Shown here piece by piece: positions 43,909 to 52,404 of a stretch of DNA of 64,000 nucleotides (position 1 is the stretch's first letter; each line of letters opens with the position of its first letter). A model generated the notes under the pieces. That model had not been told where the DNA came from. It made no database searches and saw only the letters and a list, made by a program, of their open reading frames with translations. Source of the stretch: a virus. Its lineage: Duplodnaviria; Caudoviricetes. A program made the position numbers and the translations under genes. The stretch is from the IMG/VR virus record IMGVR_UViG_3300047440_000490, positions 730 to 64,729 of that record; one strand, written 5' to 3'.

Positions 43909-46029
43909 TTAGTCTCCTACGCTCATCGACGCCACGTTAGCATATTCCTCTTTCAATTCCGGCAAAGTTCCTTTCCGTATCTGATAGGTCTTCTCACTGC
44001 GTTCGGCCGTCACGTCCATGTGGTGGCGGGTGAAGTAAGCCATCGCCGCGGCGCGAACGCGATCGTCCTTTTTGTTTTTCTGGTGTTCGATTTTGGTTTT
44101 GCCGGCGACGGTGATCTTTCGTTCCAGATCCTGCATTTCCAGGATCAGCCATTTGCTGTTGGCCTTATACCAGCCGTTGGTCACAGCATCGATGAAACGA
44201 TTCATCAGAATCGGTACCGACCAGGTTCCGGAGTAGAAGCCGTCTTTGACGGAGTTGGTCTCAACGACTTTCTTGTTGTCGTACCGGATCATCTGATGGT
44301 GGTAGAGAAAGCCCATCATTTTCAACTGGTGCTGACAGTCATCGCCGGGCCGCTCGCGCTGCTCAATACAAAACTTCGCGCCTCGAGGATCGCGGCATTT
44401 CTTTCCGTACCATGCGCCGAGCGCCGCAGCAAATCCGACAGCTTGCGCCGGATTGACTCGCAAACTGGTGAACTCGGCAACCTGGACGTCGGGGAAATTG
44501 CCTTTCGCGCTATTGGTGACGTTGATCACCGTACGATCCTCATCGGGCTTATTCATGCCATCGGCCGTGTCGATGCCGATGGAATAATCGCGGCCAGACT
44601 TCGGTTCCTCGTAGATGATCAAACGATCCAGCCACGGCGTTTCTTCCTTTTCGCTGATCGGCAGCAACGGAACGAGGATCCAACTGTAATCTTCTCCGCG
44701 GTGGGATCGCCATTCGATCTCGATGCGATCGGCTTCGTAGTCGACCATTTCCGGATCCGGTTCGAAACCGTCGTCGATGGACTTTCCCAACACGGCGTAG
44801 GATCGAAAATCCACCTTTCGCGCTTCGGTTTGGACTTCGATGACATCGGGTCCGAACACGACGTCGTTCTTGCCGGTGAGCGCCTCTAAGTCGTCGGCCG
44901 GCATCTGCGAGGCCCAAGTCCGTTCGGTGTGTTTCTTCAGCGCCTCAAGGTAATTGAATTCCCAGAACCACTGTTGCTCGCGCGGCATGTGCCAGGTTGC
45001 GCCGGCCACTTCAGAAAGAAACGGCGTCGATCGGATGTAGAGCTCGCAGCGCTGAACGTGCTTGCGAGTTTCCTTGATCGGCATCCAGTCTTCAGGGATC
45101 GGGAACTTCTTGACCCAGTCCGCCTCCGGATACAGATCCGTTGCCAGCGGCCAGGGGATGAACAGCGGACAGAACCTGGAAATCCCCAGAGGAAACCCTT
45201 CTTTTGCGGTGCGCCAGAAGTCAGCTTGCCATCCGGTATTTCCGCCGCCGGTACCTTCGAAGACCTGGAAAAGTTTTCTCGACGGGTGAGTGGCGCGCAA
45301 TACGCCTTCCTCGATTGTCTTTTTGGGATTGGGAATATCGGCGAGCTCGGAAATATGAATCGCTGTCGGCGTCCATCCTTGCCCGATGCCGGTGGCCTGG
45401 GATCCAGACTGGATCGATAGGAGCGATCCATTGCTGAATCCCATCTGCCCGATTCGATCTTTGGTCTGTCGCGGTACCAGCCACCACGGGCAACGCTGAT
45501 AACAAATCTCGATGATGCGGCCGATCAACTCGGACTTGTCCTGCTGGACCGAAGCCATGACGGCTTGTGTGTTGGGAATGAACAGGAGCCGATGAAGGAA
45601 CAACAGCGCGGTCTCAGTCGAGATTCCGACCTGGCGCGCCTTGAGTACGAAGATTTCGATCGCGACTTCCAGGTCTTCGAAATGCGCGACAAGCTGAAAG
45701 AAGATTTCCTGCGAGATGCGTGGATCGAAGCGGAAAATGTCGCCCTTCTCATCGCAGATAAACGCGTAGCGGCTTTGGAAGTAGTGAGCGTCACAGGCAC
45801 AGATAATCTGTTCGTTCTGAACCCAGCGCTTGAGTTGACGTTTTTTGTTTTCCGTCATGCGCTGCGTGACCTGCACGTAGGAGTTTTTAGAATTGCTGAC
45901 GATCTTTGTGACTTTGTTGACGTATTCCTTGAACTCGCTGATCTGGTCGATGGTGTGATAGACCATTTCCCATTTCAGCTTTTGCGCGTAGGCGTGGAGC
46001 TTCTGTTCGATCAACCGCTTTGAGTAGAT
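43909..46029 (-). CDS. Terminase large subunit (probable ATC start at 46029; ORF track uses TTG at 46014)
   Basis: LKARQVGIST (Walker A), HISE (Walker B), EGTG, GIDTADG and KDDRV.A nuclease motifs. Confidence 0.9.
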   Translation of the reverse strand: MYSKRLIEQKLHAYAQKLKWEMVYHTIDQISEFKEYVNKVTKIVSNSKNSYVQVTQRMTENKKRQLKRWVQNEQIICACDAHYFQSRYAFICDEKGDIFRFDPRISQEIFFQLVAHFEDLEVAIEIFVLKARQVGISTETALLFLHRLLFIPNTQAVMASVQQDKSELIGRIIEICYQRCPWWLVPRQTKDRIGQMGFSNGSLLSIQSGSQATGIGQGWTPTAIHISELADIPNPKKTIEEGVLRATHPSRKLFQVFEGTGGGNTGWQADFWRTAKEGFPLGISRFCPLFIPWPLATDLYPEADWVKKFPIPEDWMPIKETRKHVQRCELYIRSTPFLSEVAGATWHMPREQQWFWEFNYLEALKKHTERTWASQMPADDLEALTGKNDVVFGPDVIEVQTEARKVDFRSYAVLGKSIDDGFEPDPEMVDYEADRIEIEWRSHRGEDYSWILVPLLPISEKEETPWLDRLIIYEEPKSGRDYSIGIDTADGMNKPDEDRTVINVTNSAKGNFPDVQVAEFTSLRVNPAQAVGFAAALGAWYGKKCRDPRGAKFCIEQRERPGDDCQHQLKMMGFLYHHQMIRYDNKKVVETNSVKDGFYSGTWSVPILMNRFIDAVTNGWYKANSKWLILEMQDLERKITVAGKTKIEHQKNKKDDRVRAAAMAYFTRHHMDVTAERSEKTYQIRKGTLPELKEEYANVASMSVGD

Positions 46030-46030
46030 G

Positions 46031-46453
46031 TCAGTCTCCTAGAAAATATCTTTGGGTCCGAATCACGATCTGTCGTCCGATATCGCCTAACGCATAGCAG
46101 AACTTTTCCTCGCGGTCCATTCTTTCCATGAACGACTGTTGCGGAAACTTTCGGCGATACCACACAAGCGCAGCGTGTCCGGATTCGTGCGTGATGATGT
46201 TCATTGTCAGACTACGTCGAACGAAGAGCATTTCTCCCATCTTGGGACGTGAGCGGCCAACTTTACCCCTGTAATCCACGGTATGGCGAGAGACCACGAT
46301 TGCTTCGAAGCCGAGTCCTACTCTCTTGAAGCCCCTCTGAGACTTTTTGTAGTAGCGATACATTGCCTTCTTTGTTTCAAAAACGGCGACGGAAAAGAAC
46401 AGCGTCGATCCCACAGGATGAACACGGAAGCGCGTTATTGGAGCCAGTTTCAT
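46031..46453 (-). CDS. HEXXH-motif protein (putative Zn metallopeptidase)
   Basis: IITHESGHA...EEKFCY. Confidence 0.6.
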   Translation of the reverse strand: MKLAPITRFRVHPVGSTLFFSVAVFETKKAMYRYYKKSQRGFKRVGLGFEAIVVSRHTVDYRGKVGRSRPKMGEMLFVRRSLTMNIITHESGHAALVWYRRKFPQQSFMERMDREEKFCYALGDIGRQIVIRTQRYFLGD

Positions 46454-47184
46454 TGGCCATCCGTCAACAGCATCTGCGTCGACTCGAGGTCGGGAAATAG
46501 TTCGTCGACGTCGGGCTCTTCCGGGTGTGTCGTATCCGGAGTCGGATCCGGAGTCTCGGGCGTGCCGCCGGCGAAGTACTTGCCGATGAATGTTGCGCCC
46601 TTCGGTTGTGGCAGGAATCCCATTGCGGTATCGATCGCGTCGCGGTCCTTGTAGCCTCGAGGCGTTTTTGCAGCTTTGATTCGCGCGCGTATAACGTCGG
46701 GGTGAGAAGTGATTGCCAACACCTTAACGGCGTTTACCGAATGCTGGCGCAACGCGAAGATGATTTCGCCCAGCAACGTGTTCATGTCGACTTTGGCTTT
46801 GACCCCCCACGCTTCAAACGGAATTGCAGCGCGATCGCGTTCACTGGCCCGATCGTATTCCCGAAGAAACTTGACGATCGACGGATCGGTGGAAAATCGC
46901 ATGGCGGTGACGACGGCCGGGATTCCGCCTTCGGCTTCCTCGAGGATGGGAGTCAGCCTGGCCGCACAGCGGAGCTCGTCTTCGTCCACGTCGTGTTTAA
47001 CAAGCAGGGCTTCGATAAGTTCTGTGCTGAACTTCTCAGTCTTTGGTTTCTTCGTCGTCTTCGATTCCAGGTCCGGTTGGGAATTTTTCTTTTTCGTCGG
47101 GGTGGGCTTTGATGTACGCGGCCTCTCGCGGACCGAGCGTTGTCCACTCGTCGATTGGTTCGTCGCTTTCGCCTTGGTCTGCAC
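46450..47184 (-). CDS. Possible terminase small subunit
   Basis: Position upstream of the large subunit, helical core and basic N-terminus. Inferred from context only. Confidence 0.4.
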   Translation of the reverse strand: MQTKAKATNQSTSGQRSVRERPRTSKPTPTKKKNSQPDLESKTTKKPKTEKFSTELIEALLVKHDVDEDELRCAARLTPILEEAEGGIPAVVTAMRFSTDPSIVKFLREYDRASERDRAAIPFEAWGVKAKVDMNTLLGEIIFALRQHSVNAVKVLAITSHPDVIRARIKAAKTPRGYKDRDAIDTAMGFLPQPKGATFIGKYFAGGTPETPDPTPDTTHPEEPDVDELFPDLESTQMLLTDGQ

Positions 47185-47374
47185 GCAACTGCTCCTCTGG
47201 TGTCAGTATGTGCGTGATTGTAGCGTCAGCGGGTTTTTTCCGTTTCGGAAAAGTTTTGCGGTGATGCCTGTAGAGAGTTTTGCCGATGCCATCGAGTGTA
47301 CCGGCGATGAAGTCGAACGTCTCGGCCATCGACTCGAACGCAACGACGAGCCGCTCTTCCTGTTCAGGTGTCAT
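47036..47374 (-). CDS. Hypothetical protein
   Basis: Coupled to the upstream gene. Overlaps the next gene by ~150 nt. Confidence 0.55.
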   Translation of the reverse strand: MTPEQEERLVVAFESMAETFDFIAGTLDGIGKTLYRHHRKTFPKRKKPADATITHILTPEEQLRADQGESDEPIDEWTTLGPREAAYIKAHPDEKEKFPTGPGIEDDEETKD

Positions 47375-47586
47375 TTTACGATTTTGAATTTGAACTTGTC
47401 GGAGTTGAGAAAGAACATCGTCGGATTCTTATCCACGAACGGTTTCAGGAAAGGTTCGTCGTACTCGTGACAACAGACGCCGGGTGGATGAACTACCGCA
47501 CACTTACGGTTTCCGCGTTTGAAGTCGCCACCGCACAACAGGCAGTGATAATAGGAATCCTTGGGAAGAACTCCATCGAATTTCAT
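47371..47586 (-). CDS. Hypothetical Cys/His protein
   Basis: C..C...C.V.H.PG.CCH..D motif. Confidence 0.6.
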   Translation of the reverse strand: MKFDGVLPKDSYYHCLLCGGDFKRGNRKCAVVHPPGVCCHEYDEPFLKPFVDKNPTMFFLNSDKFKFKIVK

Positions 47587-47819
47587 TTCCTCACCATGAA
47601 GCTTTCGCCGACAAATTCGACAAACATCGAATCGGAGTACTCTGGATTGTCAAAAACTTCCTTCAATCCTGGATGAACCTGATAATCGTCGCCCATCCTT
47701 GACGCAATATAACGAGCAGTTCCGAGGGTCATCAATCCGCTCGATGGTCCTATGTCTCTAACTTCGGCCGCAGACTCCCACATTTCCTGGAGCGATTCGA
47801 AATCGATTTCTTCTGTCAT
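47583..47819 (-). CDS. Hypothetical acidic protein
   Basis: ATGA coupling. Confidence 0.5.
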   Translation of the reverse strand: MTEEIDFESLQEMWESAAEVRDIGPSSGLMTLGTARYIASRMGDDYQVHPGLKEVFDNPEYSDSMFVEFVGESFMVRK

Positions 47820-48067
47820 TGAATTGCCGGTGGTGCATCGAATCCCCACTCCTGCAGGAGATTCCCGTGTATGTCGACCGAGAACCAGACGTTCTCGATC
47901 GGACCCGAGTGTAGGCCGTCGCCGGTACCGGGCTGGACGCGCCCTTCCATGAAGGCCTGCCGGAACCAGGGGAACCGGCCCAGAACGGCCAGATGCCAAG
48001 GATCGGGCACTATTGCAAAGTGGTGATGCTGGGGAGTCAGCTTTGCGAAGCGCTCTTCGGTGGTCAT
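47816..48067 (-). CDS. Hypothetical protein
   Basis: Within the operon. Confidence 0.55.
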   Translation of the reverse strand: MTTEERFAKLTPQHHHFAIVPDPWHLAVLGRFPWFRQAFMEGRVQPGTGDGLHSGPIENVWFSVDIHGNLLQEWGFDAPPAIQ

Positions 48068-48076
48068 AGACCGCGC

Positions 48077-48511
48077 CTACTCTTTTTCGGCGCCAGCCTT
48101 CTTGGCATTCTTCGCCGCGGCTTTCGCGTTACCCTTGCGTGCGTAGTGCACTCGCCGGACTTCCTTGCGGCCGCCGGAGTCTTCCGTCATCACCGGAACG
48201 CCCTGTCCACTTTCGCGGCGAACGACGTTTGGTGGCTCGGTGGGAATCTCCTGAACCGTGGTGAGCTCGAGAGCGCCTTCCGCTTCAGGATTGAACGGAA
48301 CACCGGACTCCGCGACGATTGTCTTTTCGACAACGGCACTACGGCCGCAATCGATCGCGCGGATCTTGATGGTGATCTCTCCGGAGAAGCTTTCGTAGGC
48401 CACACTGGGATTCAGATAGCAGTCCTGAATCAGTTGCTGCCGAATTCGGAATATGAGCGCTTCGATAATTTCCTGTCCAGACAGTGGTTCGGGGATCGCG
48501 ATTTCAGCCAT
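48077..48511 (-). CDS. Hypothetical protein
   Basis: GAGGG SD. Confidence 0.65.
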   Translation of the reverse strand: MAEIAIPEPLSGQEIIEALIFRIRQQLIQDCYLNPSVAYESFSGEITIKIRAIDCGRSAVVEKTIVAESGVPFNPEAEGALELTTVQEIPTEPPNVVRRESGQGVPVMTEDSGGRKEVRRVHYARKGNAKAAAKNAKKAGAEKE

Positions 48512-48893
48512 TGTTTTCCCTCAATTGTTTTGGTTTTTCGGGCGTTACGTTTCGAATTCCTTGCTCACTGTCGGCGGCCCGTCGATCCAGATCCGCGTAC
48601 AGGGCATCCCATGTATCAAAGCGCTTCATGTACTGGAGAATGTCCAACTGCTGGCCCCAGTCGTATTTCATCAGACGTTCGATCAGATCGTTGCGCGTCC
48701 GCGGCCGATTCTTGCCGGAGAACGGGCCGTCTTTAACGATTGGCGGCGCGACCGGAACTCCAGGGAAAGTACCCAGTTCGGTAAAGTGGATCCCATCAGC
48801 GGTGCTGTAGATCGTCGTGTAGTCGGCGCCGCTCGCTACGTCGACGCTGACAATCGGCTTTTCACCGTGCCAGTAAACCTTCTCGTCGCTCAT
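48504..48893 (-). CDS. Hypothetical protein
   Basis: GAGG SD. Coupled. Confidence 0.55.
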   Translation of the reverse strand: MSDEKVYWHGEKPIVSVDVASGADYTTIYSTADGIHFTELGTFPGVPVAPPIVKDGPFSGKNRPRTRNDLIERLMKYDWGQQLDILQYMKRFDTWDALYADLDRRAADSEQGIRNVTPEKPKQLRENNG

Positions 48894-49048
48894 CGTTTCC
48901 TCGCTGCGCGTTTTCCAGCGATTCGCTTCGCCTTCCCCATGTGTTTAAAGTTGTCAGTGACTTCAGCTAGTTTGACTTGCTTCAGATCGAATTTCTTTCC
49001 GCTGGGCCCTTGATACTCATCCGGTCCGACCTTTTCGAATGGCATGGC

Positions 49049-49252
49049 CTATCCCTCCAGGATTGGAACAACGTAGGCGAAAATTTCGTCATAGTGTGCT
49101 TCGATAAGCGCATCGTTCGGCTTGCCCGGTCGTTTCTGAAAAAATCGATCTCCCCACACTATGACATCTGGCATCGGCTGGAAAGCAGGTAGCTCCACTG
49201 GAGCGACGAGCTCACTACCGGCGTTCAGCTGGACTGTGGTGAACATTGCCAT
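49049..49252 (-). CDS. Hypothetical protein
   Basis: AGGAG SD. PDVIVWG.RFF motif. Confidence 0.65.
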   Translation of the reverse strand: MAMFTTVQLNAGSELVAPVELPAFQPMPDVIVWGDRFFQKRPGKPNDALIEAHYDEIFAYVVPILEG

Positions 49253-49270
49253 GAAATCTCCTGATTGATT

Positions 49271-49403
49271 TTGCCGAAGGGATCATCGCTTTCGAAAGGT
49301 ATCTCGGTCTTCACGCCTAGAAAGCGGTTCTCTCTCCGCCCACCAGTTACGCCGGTGAATGCGCCGGCACAGCCCTCCTTCCGTTGGCTCCCCCTATCGG
49401 CAA
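49271..49403 (-). ncRNA. Candidate structured RNA abutting the tRNA 3' end
   Basis: Closing stem TTGCCGA(T)AGGG/CCCTTCGGCAA encloses several hairpins. Confidence 0.5.
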
Positions 49404-49477
49404 TTGCGCGGGTACGAATTGAACGTACGGCCTTTCGCTTATAAGGCGAATGCTCTAACCAACTGAGCTACCGCGCG
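49404..49477 (-). tRNA. tRNA with UAU anticodon (nominally Ile) and fMet-like acceptor stem
   Basis: CGCGCGG TA GCTCAGTTGGTTAGAGC A TTCGC CTTATAA GCGAA AGGCC GTACG TTCAATT CGTAC CCGCGCA A. Confidence 0.9.
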
Positions 49478-49491
49478 ATTTCGACACGATA

Positions 49492-49902
49492 CTACTTCTG
49501 GTGCGTCCCTTCCACACCGCGAGCGATACGCGCTCGAGTACGACGCTGACAGCACTCCAGAAATGCTCTCAGGTGGAATAGCGCCTCTTCGTTGTCCGCA
49601 CAAGCGTACGGACCCTTCTGGAATCCTTCAAAGCGATCGATCAATATCGCGGCTTCGGCTTCGTGAGTCGTGCCGTTCACGCCGACTTCCTTGATCGGGC
49701 CGTTTTGGAACAGCCGCAGCGCATCAACGCCCGGCGAACCATGCTTGGCAGTCCAAGGGTCGGAAACGTTTGTCTGCGAATTGAACCCGGAAATCCGATA
49801 TAGGTGATTCGCGTTGCCGGCGCCGGGCTCATCCATCACTTCGATCTTCAACTGGTGGTTGGCCGAATCTCCTTGAACGATATGTGCTGTCAGTTCTCTC
49901 AA
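49492..49902 (-). CDS. tad1: Tad1-like anti-defence signal sponge
   Basis: G.A.H.Y, FQNGPIKEVGVNG.T.E, IDR.EGFQ.GPYAC..N and RT..R..RGVEGT motifs. Confidence 0.8.
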   Translation of the reverse strand: MRELTAHIVQGDSANHQLKIEVMDEPGAGNANHLYRISGFNSQTNVSDPWTAKHGSPGVDALRLFQNGPIKEVGVNGTTHEAEAAILIDRFEGFQKGPYACADNEEALFHLRAFLECCQRRTRARIARGVEGTHQK

Positions 49903-50053
49903 ATTAGCCTCACTTCAGGTTGGTGTTGTTCGCAGAAGCGAGCTTCCGGAATGGGTTCTCCGGGGAACCACAGTTCGCAAACAACGGGTTTACCGCACAG
50001 TGTTGCAACGTTTCGTTGCGCGTCGAAATCCACTTCAAATTCGCACGCGCTCA

Positions 50054-50296
50054 TTACTTCACAATCGTTGTCGAACCGGTTTCCGGTTCCGGCGACGGCT
50101 CGTCGGCCTGGCCGACAATTTCTCCGGCACGGCCAACGCTGGCCGCAACCGCCTGTCCGGCCTTCTCCCAGGCCTCCTGAATCCGGACCTGAAGGTGATC
50201 GTAGGTCGGCAGTTCGGCGCCGCTGACCAGGCTCTTGTTGTTTGTGAACTTACAGTAAGCGTCGTAACCGATGTTACCCAGCGTTTTTGTTCTCAT
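50054..50296 (-). CDS. Hypothetical phage protein
   Basis: G..GY.AY......KSLVSG..LP.Y..L....Q.AW motif. AAGGAG SD. Confidence 0.7.
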   Translation of the reverse strand: MRTKTLGNIGYDAYCKFTNNKSLVSGAELPTYDHLQVRIQEAWEKAGQAVAASVGRAGEIVGQADEPSPEPETGSTTIVK

Positions 50297-50493
50297 GCAA
50301 TCTCCTTTGGTTTTCGTCTGCCGCGAATAGCGGACTTCGCAGCTTCAATGACATTTTCGTATGCGTACTCTAAAGCTTCCGAGTATTCCAGTCCGTAGGA
50401 TTTCTCCGAGTTGCGCCTGAGTTTCTCAGGACGATCGAAACTGGAAATCCGCTTGAGTGCTGCCCAGTACCGAGCTTCGTTGGTTTCAGCCAT
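50293..50493 (-). CDS. Hypothetical phage protein
   Basis: ALKRI....PEKLRR.SEK.YGL...EALE.AYEN motif. Confidence 0.7.
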   Translation of the reverse strand: MAETNEARYWAALKRISSFDRPEKLRRNSEKSYGLEYSEALEYAYENVIEAAKSAIRGRRKPKEIA

Positions 50494-50773
50494 CGTATTC
50501 CTTCGAGAACGGATTGACGGCCCAATATTCTGACCTCGAAACAGTCGCACCGACTTCGTTCTCGCAAACGACCTTGACGCGAGTTTCCACCCTCCCGGAT
50601 AGTAAAACGCGGATTCGATCCTTCCAGTCAAGAGTCCATCGGCTGTTCACATGAAGCACGTCCTTGAACTCGGATGGTGCATCAGGAAGATCCACGTACT
50701 TCGCCGGGAAAAGTCGGTCAAATATCGTTCTCTTTCGCGGCGGAACACTAAAGCAATTCACTGTCTCAGTCAT
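50486..50773 (-). CDS. Hypothetical protein
   Basis: GGAGG SD. W.DR.RVL.SG motif. Confidence 0.65.
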   Translation of the reverse strand: MTETVNCFSVPPRKRTIFDRLFPAKYVDLPDAPSEFKDVLHVNSRWTLDWKDRIRVLLSGRVETRVKVVCENEVGATVSRSEYWAVNPFSKEYDG

Positions 50774-50927
50774 CGTTCCTCCAGTTCGTTCCGGACCATC
50801 CGGGGAGATTCCCTCATAGCGTGCTCGGTTAGTATCCCCGGCGGCCGGATACGCTACTCGCCTCTTTCCCTTCCGCCCCACTCTGATAGCGACAAGTGGA
50901 AAACTACGGAGGCTTTCGTCATGAATA

Positions 50928-51077
50928 TCAAACCTGTATCTGCTTCACCTGAGCCAAAACCTGATTCGCGTGAGCAACGTTCAATGCTGCCTGAGAGTAT
51001 TTCAATGCGGCATCTGAACTATCGCTGCCCACTGCTTTTTCAATCAACTTTTCCACATGCTTTTCAACATCATTCAT
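50928..51077 (-). CDS. 49-aa helical protein flanked by RNA structures (not in ORF track)
   Basis: MNDVEKHVEKLIEKAVGSDSSDAALKYSQAALNVAHANQVLAQVKQIQV. GGAG SD lies in a hairpin loop. Confidence 0.65.
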   Translation of the reverse strand: MNDVEKHVEKLIEKAVGSDSSDAALKYSQAALNVAHANQVLAQVKQIQV

Positions 51078-51134
51078 GGGTTCTAACTCCATAGAATTGC
51101 CAGCAATTGAAGGCGGTTTGCCGGCGTTGACCGC

Positions 51135-51437
51135 TCAATCCCCTCTTTTGAAGCCCGGCGAATAGCGCCGTTCCATCGACTGGACCGCAAGGTTATCCAG
51201 TTCGCGGTCTCGCGCTGCCTCCATCCAACCCGCATCAAACTCATTTCCGATCTCACGAACATCCTTGTTGAAGTGCAGGGTCAGTTCGATCTGGACCGGC
51301 TCAATCTTCAACAGTTTCGACAAGTAAGCCTCTCGAGCCTGACACATTCGAGTGTAGGCGCTCATTCCGCCACTTTCGTCCGGCTCGCGTCCATGATGAT
51401 CGGAAGTAACACTGCAGCCGCCTTCTCGCCGTCGCAC
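51135..51437 (-). CDS. Hypothetical protein (start probably at MSAY, ~51365)
   Basis: ORF within the operon. Confidence 0.45.
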   Translation of the reverse strand: MRRREGGCSVTSDHHGREPDESGGMSAYTRMCQAREAYLSKLLKIEPVQIELTLHFNKDVREIGNEFDAGWMEAARDRELDNLAVQSMERRYSPGFKRGD

Positions 51438-51975
51438 TTCGGGCAGGTCGCCTTGATCGCCGCGAACAACGGACTCTCTTTGCCTTTGATCATCGAACCG
51501 GCTCTTTCTCTTGAAGCGATTTCAGTTTCGCGTCGGCTCGCTTTATCACCAGACGACGGCGCCATTCCCTCATTTCCTCTCGGAATACCTGGCAATGAGC
51601 TCCGTGACCAATCATCACCCTTCCGTGGATCCGACACTGATACACCGGGCACATCAGCGCTTCGCCCCTTCCAATTTAATCAACTTGGACCGGACCAGGC
51701 ACTCGCTATCCGTCATCGCCTGGACCTGGGTTTTCGAGAAATACCGCTTCAACATGCACCGGATCTTCCGAATTCGTGGATATCGCATTACTCGGACCGT
51801 CCCTTCTCGAGATATCGAACCACCAGCGCCAAAATCAGGAATCCCACCGACGCCAGTCCCTCGGCGGTCCAGAATTGCCTCGTGGTGGTCACTCCCGGCA
51901 TGATCGCCACCATCCCCGTCGTCAGCCACAACGTGACCTGCGTCATAAGCAGAATCCGGAGCCAGATCCGCGGTT

Positions 51976-52404
51976 TCACGTCTGCTCCAGCTCCTGGGGA
52001 ATCTCGATTGACTGGATCGCTAACGCCACCTTCAGCAACGCCGCTCGCCTCTTCTCGTTATATTCGGCAGCCGACGGGCCCGGTATCCGGCGCGCCACCA
52101 CTTCTACAAATTTGCCAATGGAATCGAAAATCACCTGGTACCCCTCACCTATCAGCCAATCCAGCAACTTCGCCGAATCCTCTTCGTTCTCGAGATAATC
52201 CGGCATCGTCCCGCACTCCTCGCACCCGTACCGGCCGCCGTCTTTGACCCAAATTCTACGGACGTGGTCGGTCGCCGGTATCCGTTGCTTTGGGGAAATC
52301 CCGTGCCCCTCCTGCCATTCGTAGATCGCCGCGGCCCCCTCGAGTCGCTCCAACCCGTGGATCTTCTCCGTCAACTGCCATTGCGCTTCCAGGATTGTGA
52401 TCAT
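51976..52404 (-). CDS. Hypothetical protein (ABA-sandwich-like)
   Basis: PDY......SA.LL..L ... A...VAL pattern. Confidence 0.5.
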   Translation of the reverse strand: MITILEAQWQLTEKIHGLERLEGAAAIYEWQEGHGISPKQRIPATDHVRRIWVKDGGRYGCEECGTMPDYLENEEDSAKLLDWLIGEGYQVIFDSIGKFVEVVARRIPGPSAAEYNEKRRAALLKVALAIQSIEIPQELEQT

